Made by a program: the position numbers and the translations under genes | Part shown: positions 1 to 9,760 of the stretch, one piece after another | How positions within the stretch are numbered: the first letter of the stretch is position 1 | Layout of the letters: each line of letters starts with the position of its first letter | Assembly (NCBI GenBank): GCA_964590225.1 | Contig: CAZPWS010000003.1 | Span: forward strand, 11,899-75,898 | Direction: 5' to 3' | DNA: 64,000 nt | Origin: an uncultured Fibrobacterota bacterium | GTDB lineage: Bacteria; Fibrobacterota; OXYB2-FULL-49-7; JAEUSG01 | The notes under the pieces: generated by a model | Databases searched by the model: none | Told to the model about the DNA's origin: nothing | The model's input: only the letters and a program-made list of their open reading frames with translations

Positions 1-2
1 AT

Positions 3-974
3 GTTCCACTGTCAACTGTAGCGGTCTATTATTTTGCTAAAATCCCATATATACTAAACCTGATGATCTCGATAATTTATCTCATTACCACTATGTTGAC
101 TGTAGGAAGTTTTGCGCGGACAAGTGAAATTACAGCGATGAGAGCTTCTGGAATAAGTTTGGGCGCCATCTCGTTTCCGATAATCTTTTTTGCCGTGGTG
201 CTCCTTGCCGCAAATATTATACTCAACCAGACAGTGCTGCCGAGAGCAAATACAGAGCGGGAACGCCTATATAAAACTCTTATTCGCAGACAGAAGGTTA
301 ATGGAGAAACGATAAGGGGTGATTTTATCTATAAGGGTTATAATGATGTTATTTTTAGATTTAAAGGTTTATACAATTCTTCTTCAAAACGGGGTGAGTC
401 TGTCGATATTGAATTTTATAGGGACAGCAAGTTATATAGTAAAGTAGAGTGCAAGTTGTTTGAATGGATAAATGATGGCTGGGTGGCAAGGGATGCAACT
501 GTTCGCCATTTTGCCGGCGATGGTGTCCAGACGGAAAAATACTCAAGTTATAGTGATTTCCCTGTGCAGATTAAGGAAAAGCCGGATGATATTCTGAGGC
601 CAAAGAAGAATTCGGAGGAAATGGGATACATGGAATTGAATCGTTATATTGATATATTGAGGAGAGCGGGAGAAAGCCCCTACAGAATTGACAAGCTCCT
701 GACGGATCTGTATGTTAAAATATCGCTGCCCTTTACTATTCTTATAGTTGCGTTGTTTGGTACATCTCTTACTGTTCGCACGGGGAAAAAGGGAATGGCA
801 AGGAGTTTTGGCATAGGCCTTTTTATCGGTTTTTTCTATTATTTTTTTGTTAATCTTGGAATTGGTATGGGGCAGAGTGGCAGCATTAACCCCTTGGTTG
901 GGGCGTGGTTTGGAACAATTATTTTTGCCCCTTTTGCTCTACTTTATTTTATGAAAGTTGCGAGATACGAATGA
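3..974 (+). CDS. LptF/LptG (YjgP/YjgQ) family LPS export permease, 5' end runs off the window
   Basis: Frame 3 is open from nt 3. The conserved E-I-T-A-M-R-A-S-G-I-S motif and several TM helices are typical of LptF/G permeases. Its end overlaps the next gene. Confidence 0.55.
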   Translation, partial: VPLSTVAVYYFAKIPYILNLMISIIYLITTMLTVGSFARTSEITAMRASGISLGAISFPIIFFAVVLLAANIILNQTVLPRANTERERLYKTLIRRQKVNGETIRGDFIYKGYNDVIFRFKGLYNSSSKRGESVDIEFYRDSKLYSKVECKLFEWINDGWVARDATVRHFAGDGVQTEKYSSYSDFPVQIKEKPDDILRPKKNSEEMGYMELNRYIDILRRAGESPYRIDKLLTDLYVKISLPFTILIVALFGTSLTVRTGKKGMARSFGIGLFIGFFYYFFVNLGIGMGQSGSINPLVGAWFGTIIFAPFALLYFMKVARYE

Positions 975-2737
975 GAATATTGTCAATCATAGTAGCCATT
1001 GTATCACTATTTATTACTGGTTTTGCTGTCGGAAGTGGTAAAATGCCCGTTCTCCCTTTTTCTATTGCTGCATTTATTGTAAGTGCCTATCCTACGATAA
1101 GAAAAGCGTTACATGGAATCAGCCCCGCATTTGCAATCAAGGATAAAAGTGCAGACATTGGGGATAAACCACCTGAGTTTGTTCTTGAAGAGATAGAACA
1201 GGGTGTTGCCGAAATATCGACAAAGGCCTTGACGCCAGAATACAAAAAGGCAGTAAGGGAGTCCATAGAAATCCAGATAATTGAAACCCTCGGGACGCTA
1301 CTTTCTCTTGTAAGGCAGCAGGTGCCAAGCAGTTTTGCCGGTTTTTTTCGGCGCAGTGGAAATGATGTCATAAGGCTTTTTATCTTCGACTCAGAGCAGG
1401 AGGACATTCTGCTTGGGGCAGCCGTTAAAAAGGGGGAGGGACTTGTCGGTCAGGTGTTAAAGGAGGATGGCGGCAAGATTGTTGTGGAAGGGGATATTCG
1501 TACTCCATCAAACACCCTGATGTACTACGGGAAGGACAAGGGGGTTCGTTCGCTCGCTGCGCTTCCTATGACGGTTGGTGGAATTTGTCGAGGGGCGCTT
1601 GTTGTTGATTCGGTTCAAGCAGGGGCCTTTTCCGAAGAACATATGCGTATTCTTGAATCGTTTGCTCATATCGCTTCAGCTTTTCAGTATTATGCCTACC
1701 TGCAGCTTGAGAATCATATCGACAGAGATAAAGTTACAGCACTTTCTGTTTTGCAACGGGCTTTTTTTAAATGTGAAACGGAGGATCGAGTGTTATCTCT
1801 GCTTGGAGAGATTTTGGGCAAAGTTACGCAGGCAGACCGCATAACTGTTTCCCTTAGCGAAGAAGGTTCAAAAGGAACCGCCCTGGTTCGCTTTGTACAG
1901 GGAGTTGACGAAGGAAGTTTCAAGGGTTACCGTTTCTCGGTACGGGAAAATGGACTTGTGGGGCTTGTTTATCAGAAAAATGATGTTATACAGCGCTCTT
2001 TTGAGAAGGGCAAGTATGTTTCAAGGTTCAATTCAAAAGAAAAACCCTCAGATAAGCTGCTGTCGATACTTGCTGTTCCAATTTTTTCTGGATCTGAAGA
2101 TGAGTGCATTGGCGTAATTACGATAGAAAGTTCTGTGATCCACCGGTTTTCACGAATTGATGTTGAGAGTGTAATAAATCTTGCCAATGCTACGGGACTT
2201 GCTATTGAGAAGGTTAAGTTACTTGCTGCTCAAACCCATCTTGCAACTATTGACGGATTAACGGGACTGCCGAATCACAGAGAATTTCAGAATGCGCTTG
2301 AGAGAAGTATTAAGAGAGTTCGCAGGCAGAATGGCGAACTTGGATTGATACTGTGTGATATAGACCACTTCAAGAGTGTAAACGATACGCATGGACATCC
2401 AGCAGGCGATGCTATACTTAAGGGAGTTGCTGATGTTTTACGGAATTCCATACGAAAGGATGTTGATTTTGTAGCGCGGTACGGTGGCGAGGAATTTGCT
2501 TGCGTTGTGGAATCCGGTCTCGATATGGCGCTAGAAACGGCGGAGAGGATGAGGGGAGCAGTTGAACGGACACCATTTGTGATTGTGGGAGGAAAACAGC
2601 TTAGCGTAACGATGAGTTTTGGTGTGGCGGTTTTTCCTGCGGACGCACAGGACAAGAAGGCATTGACAGAAAAAGCGGATAAAGCGCTTTATGCGTCAAA
2701 AAAGGGGGGTAGGAATCAGGTAAGGAAATTCCAATAA
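971..2737 (+). CDS. Membrane-anchored diguanylate cyclase: 2 TM + tandem GAF-like domains + GGDEF
   Basis: The C-terminus has GLTGLPNHREF, DIDHFKSVND and RYGGEEF, the GGDEF active site. The N-terminus has hydrophobic helices. Two GAF-like segments are present (GLVGQV... and GLVGLVYQ...). The probable start is the ATG at 971 (MRILSIIVAIV) rather than the upstream alternative start at 905. Confidence 0.75.
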   Translation: MRILSIIVAIVSLFITGFAVGSGKMPVLPFSIAAFIVSAYPTIRKALHGISPAFAIKDKSADIGDKPPEFVLEEIEQGVAEISTKALTPEYKKAVRESIEIQIIETLGTLLSLVRQQVPSSFAGFFRRSGNDVIRLFIFDSEQEDILLGAAVKKGEGLVGQVLKEDGGKIVVEGDIRTPSNTLMYYGKDKGVRSLAALPMTVGGICRGALVVDSVQAGAFSEEHMRILESFAHIASAFQYYAYLQLENHIDRDKVTALSVLQRAFFKCETEDRVLSLLGEILGKVTQADRITVSLSEEGSKGTALVRFVQGVDEGSFKGYRFSVRENGLVGLVYQKNDVIQRSFEKGKYVSRFNSKEKPSDKLLSILAVPIFSGSEDECIGVITIESSVIHRFSRIDVESVINLANATGLAIEKVKLLAAQTHLATIDGLTGLPNHREFQNALERSIKRVRRQNGELGLILCDIDHFKSVNDTHGHPAGDAILKGVADVLRNSIRKDVDFVARYGGEEFACVVESGLDMALETAERMRGAVERTPFVIVGGKQLSVTMSFGVAVFPADAQDKKALTEKADKALYASKKGGRNQVRKFQ

Positions 2738-3324
2738 TGCAACCGCTTCAAATAGTTGTTATTGTTTGTTTATTTGTTGCGAGTTTGAAAGCGGATAAGT
2801 TTGAAGCGGAAGCTGAACTTGAGAAAACATTTGGCCGTGATGATCGTGTGGCCACTGAGTGGCGAAACGAACGAACTTCAATTAGTAGTTTTATTTCAAA
2901 GGTAGCTTCGGTAAGAAGTCCACTACTGATTGTCTATACTACGGAAAATGGGAAGGAATGCGCGCGGATATTGCATGCCTTTTTTTCTCGCCGAAGGAGC
3001 CTGAGCAAAAATAAGGGAGTGGATGGAGATAGTCGTGTCTTTATGGTGGATGCGTCACAATGGGAAAAAAATGGCCGATTACCTTTTCTTTACAGAAGTA
3101 TAATAATTGGAGGAACTGATGATTATCCTCTTCTTAAACGAATGGCTTCCCGTGGGCGTGTAAAGGCAGCGAAAAACAGGGCGCAATTCCGGCTTTTTGC
3201 GAATCCCAATGCTCTCGCTATTATTTCGGAGAGTAAGGAAATTTTCCCCAGCCTTGCGCGGGTTCTTGTAAAATCATATTTGGATATGGATGATGAATCG
3301 TATAGTTACTTCTACCTCGAATAA
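2737..3324 (+). CDS. hypothetical secreted protein (N-terminal signal peptide)
   Basis: ORF of 195 aa with a hydrophobic N-terminus (IVVIVCLFVASLKA). No recognisable motif. Confidence 0.3.
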   Translation: MQPLQIVVIVCLFVASLKADKFEAEAELEKTFGRDDRVATEWRNERTSISSFISKVASVRSPLLIVYTTENGKECARILHAFFSRRRSLSKNKGVDGDSRVFMVDASQWEKNGRLPFLYRSIIIGGTDDYPLLKRMASRGRVKAAKNRAQFRLFANPNALAIISESKEIFPSLARVLVKSYLDMDDESYSYFYLE

Positions 3325-3748
3325 AGCCTGCAACTTAGAAGAAGAACAATTGCAATGGCTTAGGAACAATCCACCTTCAATTAAGCTGAAGTTTCCTAAT
3401 GGTGAACCGAAAATCAATCAGAAGAAACGGATTCACCATAAAAGCACCTCATTATTACAAAAAAACAATCGACACCTGTTTGGTCTTGATGCGGAGGTAG
3501 ATGAAGAACTCGACCTTCATGGCATGACCGTTGAGCAGGGGGTGGCTGCGGCTGATGATTTTATAAAACTGGCGCACGAATATGGCTTTAATAAGGTAAG
3601 AATAATTCATGGGATTGGAAAGGCTTCTGGTGGATCTCTCCGTATGGCAGTTAGGGATCACATAAAGAGAAAATGCGGCAAGTACATAGAAAAGGTGGAG
3701 ATCGAGGGCCATAACGACGGTGCCGTAATAGTTAAACTAATAAAGTAA
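3290..3748 (+). CDS. Smr (small MutS-related) domain protein
   Basis: LHGMTVEQGVAAADDF...VRIIHGIGKASGGSLRMAVRDHIKR matches the Smr domain pattern (DLHG ... IHGKG). Confidence 0.55.
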   Translation: MMNRIVTSTSNKACNLEEEQLQWLRNNPPSIKLKFPNGEPKINQKKRIHHKSTSLLQKNNRHLFGLDAEVDEELDLHGMTVEQGVAAADDFIKLAHEYGFNKVRIIHGIGKASGGSLRMAVRDHIKRKCGKYIEKVEIEGHNDGAVIVKLIK

Positions 3749-3749
3749 A

Positions 3750-4925
3750 TCAGTATCGACAAAATCGCTGTATTGCTGCCATGATTAGCCTTATTGTGCT
3801 CAGTCGGGAACCATTGTTAACAGATCCCGCTGTTGCAAAAAGCACCCCTTTACCCTGTTTGCTTTGCTCAAAATCTCTTGAGAGTTCGAGCAGTATTTTT
3901 TCCCTTTCGTTACGCATTAATGAGTAGGGGTGCAGTTGTCCCTGTATTATGGTTTTTGGCATATGCGAGCGGATCTCGTTTACCGTAAGTGTTGGACCGA
4001 AGTTAACCTGTGTAAAATTAAGTCGAGATAACACTGGCAGGTGATGTCCCATAGGCGAATCTGAGTGTTGATATCGCCAATCGTTATCGTTCGGCGCATA
4101 CTTATCGAATATTGCCTTTAGTATTGGGTAGCCAAAGAATTCATACATTTCCTGATTAAGCATCATACAATTGTCGTCAAAAAAGGCGAAGCCATGGGGA
4201 GACTCCCCGCTGCTATATCCACTCTCTTCATCAATAACCGTTCTTATGTTAATTATTGTTGTGGTAATTAAATCGCGAAACCGCGCGGCTATAGGTTCGT
4301 TGTCAAGAATGAGCATTATTAAATCCTCGATACCATAGATGGACATTGCGAAAGTTACCGGTCCTCTCTGACCTGCATATCGCGGTGGTTTAATTCCCTT
4401 TGCAGTAAGCCTTTGTTTCTCGCTGTCCCAGTTTTCAGGAAGCATGAATGCCCGCGGGTTTTTGTTTCTCTCTTCAACTCTGTCGAGGAGTCGGGAAAGT
4501 TCGTCAACTCCGCTTGCTGATTTTTCTAACCACCAAGAACCTGCCTCCCACTTCCTTTCTGCTTCAAAGAAATCGTGAAGCATTTTGAGTTGCGGATATT
4601 TATCTGTTTGCGGAGTTTCTTTTTCGTTTAGTGGCCTCTGACCAATAATTTTTTCAGCCTTATCGTTGTATGCCTTATTCAGGCGGTGGCGAAATTCCCC
4701 GTCTGTTTCATATTTCAATAGATCGGGTTGAATCGCCAACTCATCAAAAACGCATTCCCCCTCAATATGAATTCCTAAAGCCATTGTTGCCGGATTAAAA
4801 ATTTCTCTGCGAGCAGCGCCATTTTCACTCCAAAACAGTTCGAGATTTACCTGCGCGAGTCCGTCGTTCTGATCGGCTTCTTTGATTAACAGGTCTATTT
4901 CTTTTTGGGTCATTGAATCCTCCAA
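3750..4925 (-). CDS. hypothetical cytoplasmic enzyme, possibly uroporphyrinogen-decarboxylase (URO-D)-like fold
   Basis: ORF of 391 aa with no signal peptide. The C-terminal G-rich tail (GKGVLFATAGSVNNG...) weakly resembles URO-D/MtaA-family ends. It is divergent from an AraC regulator gene. Confidence 0.25.
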   Translation of the reverse strand: MEDSMTQKEIDLLIKEADQNDGLAQVNLELFWSENGAARREIFNPATMALGIHIEGECVFDELAIQPDLLKYETDGEFRHRLNKAYNDKAEKIIGQRPLNEKETPQTDKYPQLKMLHDFFEAERKWEAGSWWLEKSASGVDELSRLLDRVEERNKNPRAFMLPENWDSEKQRLTAKGIKPPRYAGQRGPVTFAMSIYGIEDLIMLILDNEPIAARFRDLITTTIINIRTVIDEESGYSSGESPHGFAFFDDNCMMLNQEMYEFFGYPILKAIFDKYAPNDNDWRYQHSDSPMGHHLPVLSRLNFTQVNFGPTLTVNEIRSHMPKTIIQGQLHPYSLMRNEREKILLELSRDFEQSKQGKGVLFATAGSVNNGSRLSTIRLIMAAIQRFCRY

Positions 4926-4996
4926 TTGATGTATATTAGGGATTTTACAATTAATTATAGTATATACAATTTAAGGCGAATATACCATTCACGATA

Positions 4997-6019
4997 GTGA
5001 TATATGCATGTATTTTAAGGATTTTTGTAGATATGATTAACTATTATGATAGAGGGATAAACGATGGTAATGCTAATTGTGGTTTCTTTATTAAGTACGA
5101 TAATGTCACATATAAACTACGAATAAGTCATTTTTCTAAGTCAGTTTCTCGTGGCAATAAAAGGCCACATAGCCACGCCTTCTACCATGTTATCTACTAC
5201 ATTTCACAAGGTGAGCTTTTAATTGGCGACTCTATCAGAATAATGGACGGTGGTGATATTGCGCTTATATCGCCTGATCAGCCTCACTACTATGCTGCTG
5301 TTGATAATAAGGAATATTCCTACTACGAAATAACATTTGAATTTATTTCCTCATTTGGAAAGCCACTAAGAGTTTCTTTTTATGAGCTTTTTTCGATTCT
5401 TTTTCCATCTAAGGAAGTTAATGAACTATCTCCTGTATTTAATGTAGCACCGGTAAGTTTGCGGGAAGAAATGGCTTTGCTTTTTAAAAATATGCCCATG
5501 TCTCTTGAAACTATTGGCAGCAAAGGTGGCGAAATTCTATTCGGTGTAGCGCTCGAATCGTTACTTGTGAAGCTTCTTTTTATGATTGTTGATATGGCTA
5601 CAGGAATTGAAAATCCTGAAAAAAAGAAGCAGGGAGTTGTTGGAAATATTCGAGCTTATATACACTCAAATTATCAGCGCTGTTTCAGACTGCGAGATAT
5701 CGCAAAAGCATGTGGGGGAAATGAACAGCATCTTAATCGTGTTTTTAAAAAAGCAAGTGGATATAATATTATGGACTATACGAACCGCCTAAGAATTGAT
5801 ACTGCGAGAAGAATAATGGATTCAGAGGGTTATTCTGTAAAGGAAACTGCTTACATGATGGGCTTTAAGGACGAGTTCTATTTTAGCAGGGTTTTTAAAC
5901 GATATGCAGGTATCTCACCTGATGCCTTTCGAAAAAGTTTTTGCAATCATAATTTAACATTAAACAGTAACAATTTGGAGCGTTCTGCTGCTGCCGGCAT
6001 TAAATGCCCGCCCGACTAA
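4997..6019 (+). CDS. AraC family transcriptional regulator (N-terminal cupin-like sensor + C-terminal HTH)
   Basis: The C-terminus IRAYIHSNYQRCFRLRDIAKACGG...FKDEFYFSRVFKRYAGISPDAFRK is a typical AraC/XylS HTH pair. Confidence 0.7.
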   Translation: MIYACILRIFVDMINYYDRGINDGNANCGFFIKYDNVTYKLRISHFSKSVSRGNKRPHSHAFYHVIYYISQGELLIGDSIRIMDGGDIALISPDQPHYYAAVDNKEYSYYEITFEFISSFGKPLRVSFYELFSILFPSKEVNELSPVFNVAPVSLREEMALLFKNMPMSLETIGSKGGEILFGVALESLLVKLLFMIVDMATGIENPEKKKQGVVGNIRAYIHSNYQRCFRLRDIAKACGGNEQHLNRVFKKASGYNIMDYTNRLRIDTARRIMDSEGYSVKETAYMMGFKDEFYFSRVFKRYAGISPDAFRKSFCNHNLTLNSNNLERSAAAGIKCPPD

Positions 6020-7366
6020 CATAACGGCAGTGTCTCCTTTTGTTAAAAATCTGTTTCTTAAAACATGTGCTATGCCCGATTTAATCAGTTTATCTAACTG
6101 ACGCACAGGAGGTATCCAGTGTGAACGAATACCCCATACCAGACAAAGCTGATTTACGGTGGCTTGCTCTGGAGATAAGGCAATTATCGGACTTTCTTTT
6201 CGCTGGTACGCAGCAAGTCTGGCGATGTTGCCACTTTTTGAAAAAACTATTATTGCCTTTCCGCTAATTTTGTCGCACGCATTAACTGCGGCATCTGCTA
6301 AAGCGAGCTCATGTGATATTCTATCGGTATTTGACGAGTAATTAATGGAGCCATTACGGACTGCTTTCTCAGCTGCCATAGCTATTCTTGCCATCATTTC
6401 AACACTTTCAATCGGATATTGTCCGGCTGCCGTTTCTGCCGAAAGCATAAGCGCATCCGAGCCGTCATATATTGCGTTAGCGACATCAGATGCTTCTGCT
6501 CTTGTTGGAAAAGAGTTACTTATCATCGATTCAAGCATTTGTGTGGCAGTTATAACAAAGCGGTGTTTTTGGCGGGATAATTTTATGATTTGTTTTTGTA
6601 TGGCTGGCACTTCTTCTGGTGAAAGCTCAACTCCAAGGTCACCGCGAGCTATCATTATTCCATCGGCCACTTCAATTATTGAATTTATATTTGCAACAGC
6701 TTCGGGTTTTTCAATTTTAGCAACTACCATGGTCTTGCTTTTTGTTTTAGCAATGAGTTTACGGAGAGCTAAAATATCCGGCGCACTCCTTACAAAGGAT
6801 AGTGCTATAAAGTCAACGCCTAATTTTAATCCTAATTGCAGGTCGTCTCTGTCTTTAGGCGTAAGGCATGGTGCGGATACTTTTGTTCCTGGGAGATTAA
6901 TGCCTTTATGGTCGGATAAGGTTCCCCCTACTTCCACCGTTGTTATTATGTCGCGATCTTTAACGGCCATTACTCGCAGGCGGATTATGCCATCGTTTAG
7001 GTATATGGCCTCTCCAATCCTAACATCCTTTGGCAGCGAGGAGTAATTGACAGAAACAATGTTTTCGTCTCCGCTGATGGCCCTTGTTGTCAAAATAAAA
7101 CGGAATCCCTTATGGAGTTCAATTTTCCCTTTCAAAAATTTTCCTATCCTGATTTTTGGCCCCTGAAGGTCGAGCAAAATGGCAATGGGTACTTTTAATT
7201 GCTTCGCAACTTTACGGATCAGATTGTAGTTTTTTGTATGTTCAGCATGTGTTCCGTGTGAAAAGTTAAGGCGAAATGCATTTGCTCCTGCCTTTATGAG
7301 TTCTGCTATCATGTTTTCAGAAGAAGATGATGGTCCTATTGTGGCAAGAATTTTTGTGTGTCTCAT
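5960..7366 (-). CDS. pyk: pyruvate kinase
   Basis: N-terminus MRHTKILATIGPSSSS...NFSHGTHAEH and overall length and architecture are those of pyruvate kinase. Confidence 0.85.
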   Translation of the reverse strand: MRHTKILATIGPSSSSENMIAELIKAGANAFRLNFSHGTHAEHTKNYNLIRKVAKQLKVPIAILLDLQGPKIRIGKFLKGKIELHKGFRFILTTRAISGDENIVSVNYSSLPKDVRIGEAIYLNDGIIRLRVMAVKDRDIITTVEVGGTLSDHKGINLPGTKVSAPCLTPKDRDDLQLGLKLGVDFIALSFVRSAPDILALRKLIAKTKSKTMVVAKIEKPEAVANINSIIEVADGIMIARGDLGVELSPEEVPAIQKQIIKLSRQKHRFVITATQMLESMISNSFPTRAEASDVANAIYDGSDALMLSAETAAGQYPIESVEMMARIAMAAEKAVRNGSINYSSNTDRISHELALADAAVNACDKISGKAIIVFSKSGNIARLAAYQRKESPIIALSPEQATVNQLCLVWGIRSHWIPPVRQLDKLIKSGIAHVLRNRFLTKGDTAVMLVGRAFNAGSSRTLQIVTV

Positions 7367-7376
7367 GATATGTGCG

Positions 7377-8561
7377 CTAAAAGTTTAATTGAGCAAATTT
7401 TATGTACTGCTCCCAGTCATAAAGCTTGAGTGAATGGCCGCCTTCTTTAATATGATACCCCAGTTTGTTATCATGACTGACAAGCGGTGTGTTGATGGGA
7501 GGAAGCTCTGTTTCGGTGAGTCCGGCAATACCAAAAAGTTTATACACCGGTTCTGCCGCTTTTAACGAATAAAATTCATCCTCCGGCGCTACCTCTGTAT
7601 CGATTTCCGCGCTGCCAACATAGAGCGGACGGGGAGCAATAAGTGCGAGCAGCTCATGTTGGTCAACGGGCATAGTCTCTTCCTTGTCCTCGTAAGCACG
7701 GTAATTTGCACAAAACCAGTGTGGGAATACACGGTTTATGTCTTTCACTCTCTCCCCCCGTTTTGCCCTTGCAAGCATCGCCCCTGTACAACCAGATTCG
7801 TTGCTAATAACAATGGCAAATCTTTCATCCTGAGCACCGCACCAGAGAGCGGTTTTACCGCCCCGTGAGTGGCCTATCACTGCTACCCTTTTTTCGTCAA
7901 TATCGGCATCTGTCTCAAAGTAGTCCATTGCACGGCTTCCACCGAACGCCCATGCTGCTATTGTGCCCCATAGATCGGGTGGCCGTTTACCCTCTTCAAA
8001 GTTTTCAAAAATCGCGTGGATTCCTCCCTTAAACTTATCATCCTTATCCATGTCTATTTCCTGCAAAATAAGGCGTGCCGCGACAAAGCCATTATCAACA
8101 ATTTTTTCTGCCGGCCAATATTCGTTGTTAATTAGACGGTTCATTTCAAGTGTATAGTGTTCAAGTGGATTTCTGTGGTCAAGCAAAAGAAAGCAGGGGT
8201 GGCTTTTTTTGCCGTTTTTAGGCACAAACAGCAATAGAGTAAACGAGGTAATTCCACGCGGTCCTCTTACTGTAATTCTCACCTGTTTGCGGACAGCCTT
8301 GTTATCCATGGCTGCTTTATCCGATTCAACAAGAGAAAAGCTTACATCTGATTTTTTGACAAGAGGAGATTTGCCATAGATGTGTCGGCTAAAAAGTTCA
8401 AGAATTTCTGCTCTACGAATTGATATCCAGCCATTTTTATCGATAGCTTTACCGTTGTTATCAATAAGTGGGGTGGGCAGGGTCGATAGGTATTGAAGTG
8501 ATTGCATGTTGTTCACTTTTTTCTTACCTCCATAATAACAGCTAAGTGTAATAATACGCAC
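7377..8561 (-). CDS. alpha/beta hydrolase, CE15 glucuronoyl-esterase-like
   Basis: GHSRGGK nucleophile motif followed by ESGCTGAMLAR. This parallels the G-C-S-R-x-G ... ESGAGGAACWR block of CE15 4-O-methyl-glucuronoyl methylesterases. About 390 aa. Confidence 0.5.
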   Translation of the reverse strand: MRIITLSCYYGGKKKVNNMQSLQYLSTLPTPLIDNNGKAIDKNGWISIRRAEILELFSRHIYGKSPLVKKSDVSFSLVESDKAAMDNKAVRKQVRITVRGPRGITSFTLLLFVPKNGKKSHPCFLLLDHRNPLEHYTLEMNRLINNEYWPAEKIVDNGFVAARLILQEIDMDKDDKFKGGIHAIFENFEEGKRPPDLWGTIAAWAFGGSRAMDYFETDADIDEKRVAVIGHSRGGKTALWCGAQDERFAIVISNESGCTGAMLARAKRGERVKDINRVFPHWFCANYRAYEDKEETMPVDQHELLALIAPRPLYVGSAEIDTEVAPEDEFYSLKAAEPVYKLFGIAGLTETELPPINTPLVSHDNKLGYHIKEGGHSLKLYDWEQYIKFAQLNF

Positions 8562-8644
8562 TCTTTATGTGGTCAACATAAGGGAAAATAGGATATATTG
8601 AATTGGCAATTCAAACACAATCAGCAGGATGTATGATACAGTAA

Positions 8645-9760
8645 ATGGGCTATTTTAATTCAGAACTTATATCGTCGGACTCCCTATGGCAGATGACATT
8701 CATTGTCTTAGCCATTTTATTCGCCGGGCTTTTATTTGTTTCGTTTATCGCAATTTTTAAACATTTCCAGAACAATAAGATTAGCAATACTATGATGCTT
8801 CTTCAACCGCGCTTTGATCAGCTTGTTCTGGACGGGCGCGAGGGGCGTTACGATAGAGGGATAATAGTGGCTTTAATTTGTACCAAGCATTATCCCTATT
8901 TTGAGCGATTTCTGCGAAATCGTATTGCTTCCATTGATTCGCTGGATGTTTCGGTAGAGCGGAAATTGTCTGAGATGTCTGGTTTTACAGAGTGGACAAG
9001 AAAAAGGGCAAATACTTCAAGGGGGTGGCGCCAAGCTAATGCATTGCGTACCCTCTCTTATTTGCGAGACAGTCGCGATGCAGATATTTTCAGACATGCG
9101 CTTTCATCAAAGTTTTTCCAGAGCCGGTTTGTGGCAGCCATCGGCTTATCGCTGATCTACGATTCCGGGGCCATACCACTAATTATTAAAGCTTTGTCAA
9201 CTTCGGAACAGCCGCATCGTGATCTTCTATTGACCGTTTTGTCACCTTTAGTTCATTGCGCCGCTCCTTTGATGACTGAGCTTGTAATGGACAGTAGTAC
9301 AAGCGAACCTGTGCAATGTGTCCTAATAGACATACTGCGAGAGTCGGGGTATAAAGAGGCTTTTTTAGCTTTAAAAGAGAAGCTTTCTGTACCTAATGAA
9401 GATGAATTAACCATCCACCTGATTGAAGCGATAGGTATGCTTGGGCAGACAGGGGATGGTGCGTTTCTTCAAAGATGGGTGCAGCACGAAAATCCGTCTA
9501 TCCGTGTCAAGACAATTACGGCAATCAGTAAGCTTGATGGCGAAAAAGCTCTTCCTATAATAGAGCTGTATATGGAAGACAAATCATGGTGGGTAAGGCG
9601 TGCAGCGGCAGAAGCCCTTTACCGTATGGGAGGGATTGGACTCGCCAGGCTTAAAAAATTTGGAGAAGGTCCTACCGGTACATTTGCATCCGATGTAGCG
9701 CGCCTGATACTTGCCGAGGTCGAATTTGGCAGACTTAAGGGAGAACCGGTACATGCTTGA
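8645..9760 (+). CDS. inner-membrane HEAT/PBS-lyase-repeat protein (1 N-terminal TM); first gene of EPS module
   Basis: N-terminal TM (FIVLAILFAGLLFVSFIAIF). Repeated alpha-helical HEAT-like units (...WWVRRAAAEALYRMGG...). Its stop overlaps the start of the next gene (ATGCTTGA). Confidence 0.5.
   Translation: MGYFNSELISSDSLWQMTFIVLAILFAGLLFVSFIAIFKHFQNNKISNTMMLLQPRFDQLVLDGREGRYDRGIIVALICTKHYPYFERFLRNRIASIDSLDVSVERKLSEMSGFTEWTRKRANTSRGWRQANALRTLSYLRDSRDADIFRHALSSKFFQSRFVAAIGLSLIYDSGAIPLIIKALSTSEQPHRDLLLTVLSPLVHCAAPLMTELVMDSSTSEPVQCVLIDILRESGYKEAFLALKEKLSVPNEDELTIHLIEAIGMLGQTGDGAFLQRWVQHENPSIRVKTITAISKLDGEKALPIIELYMEDKSWWVRRAAAEALYRMGGIGLARLKKFGEGPTGTFASDVARLILAEVEFGRLKGEPVHA

Noticed and set aside
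905-970. Longer 610 aa version of the GGDEF gene starting at 905 and overlapping the LptF/G gene by 70 nt
   Set aside because: The extension (MVWNNYFCPFCSTLFYESCEI) is encoded within the permease C-terminus. The ATG at 971 gives a typical TM N-terminus and a 4 nt overlap.
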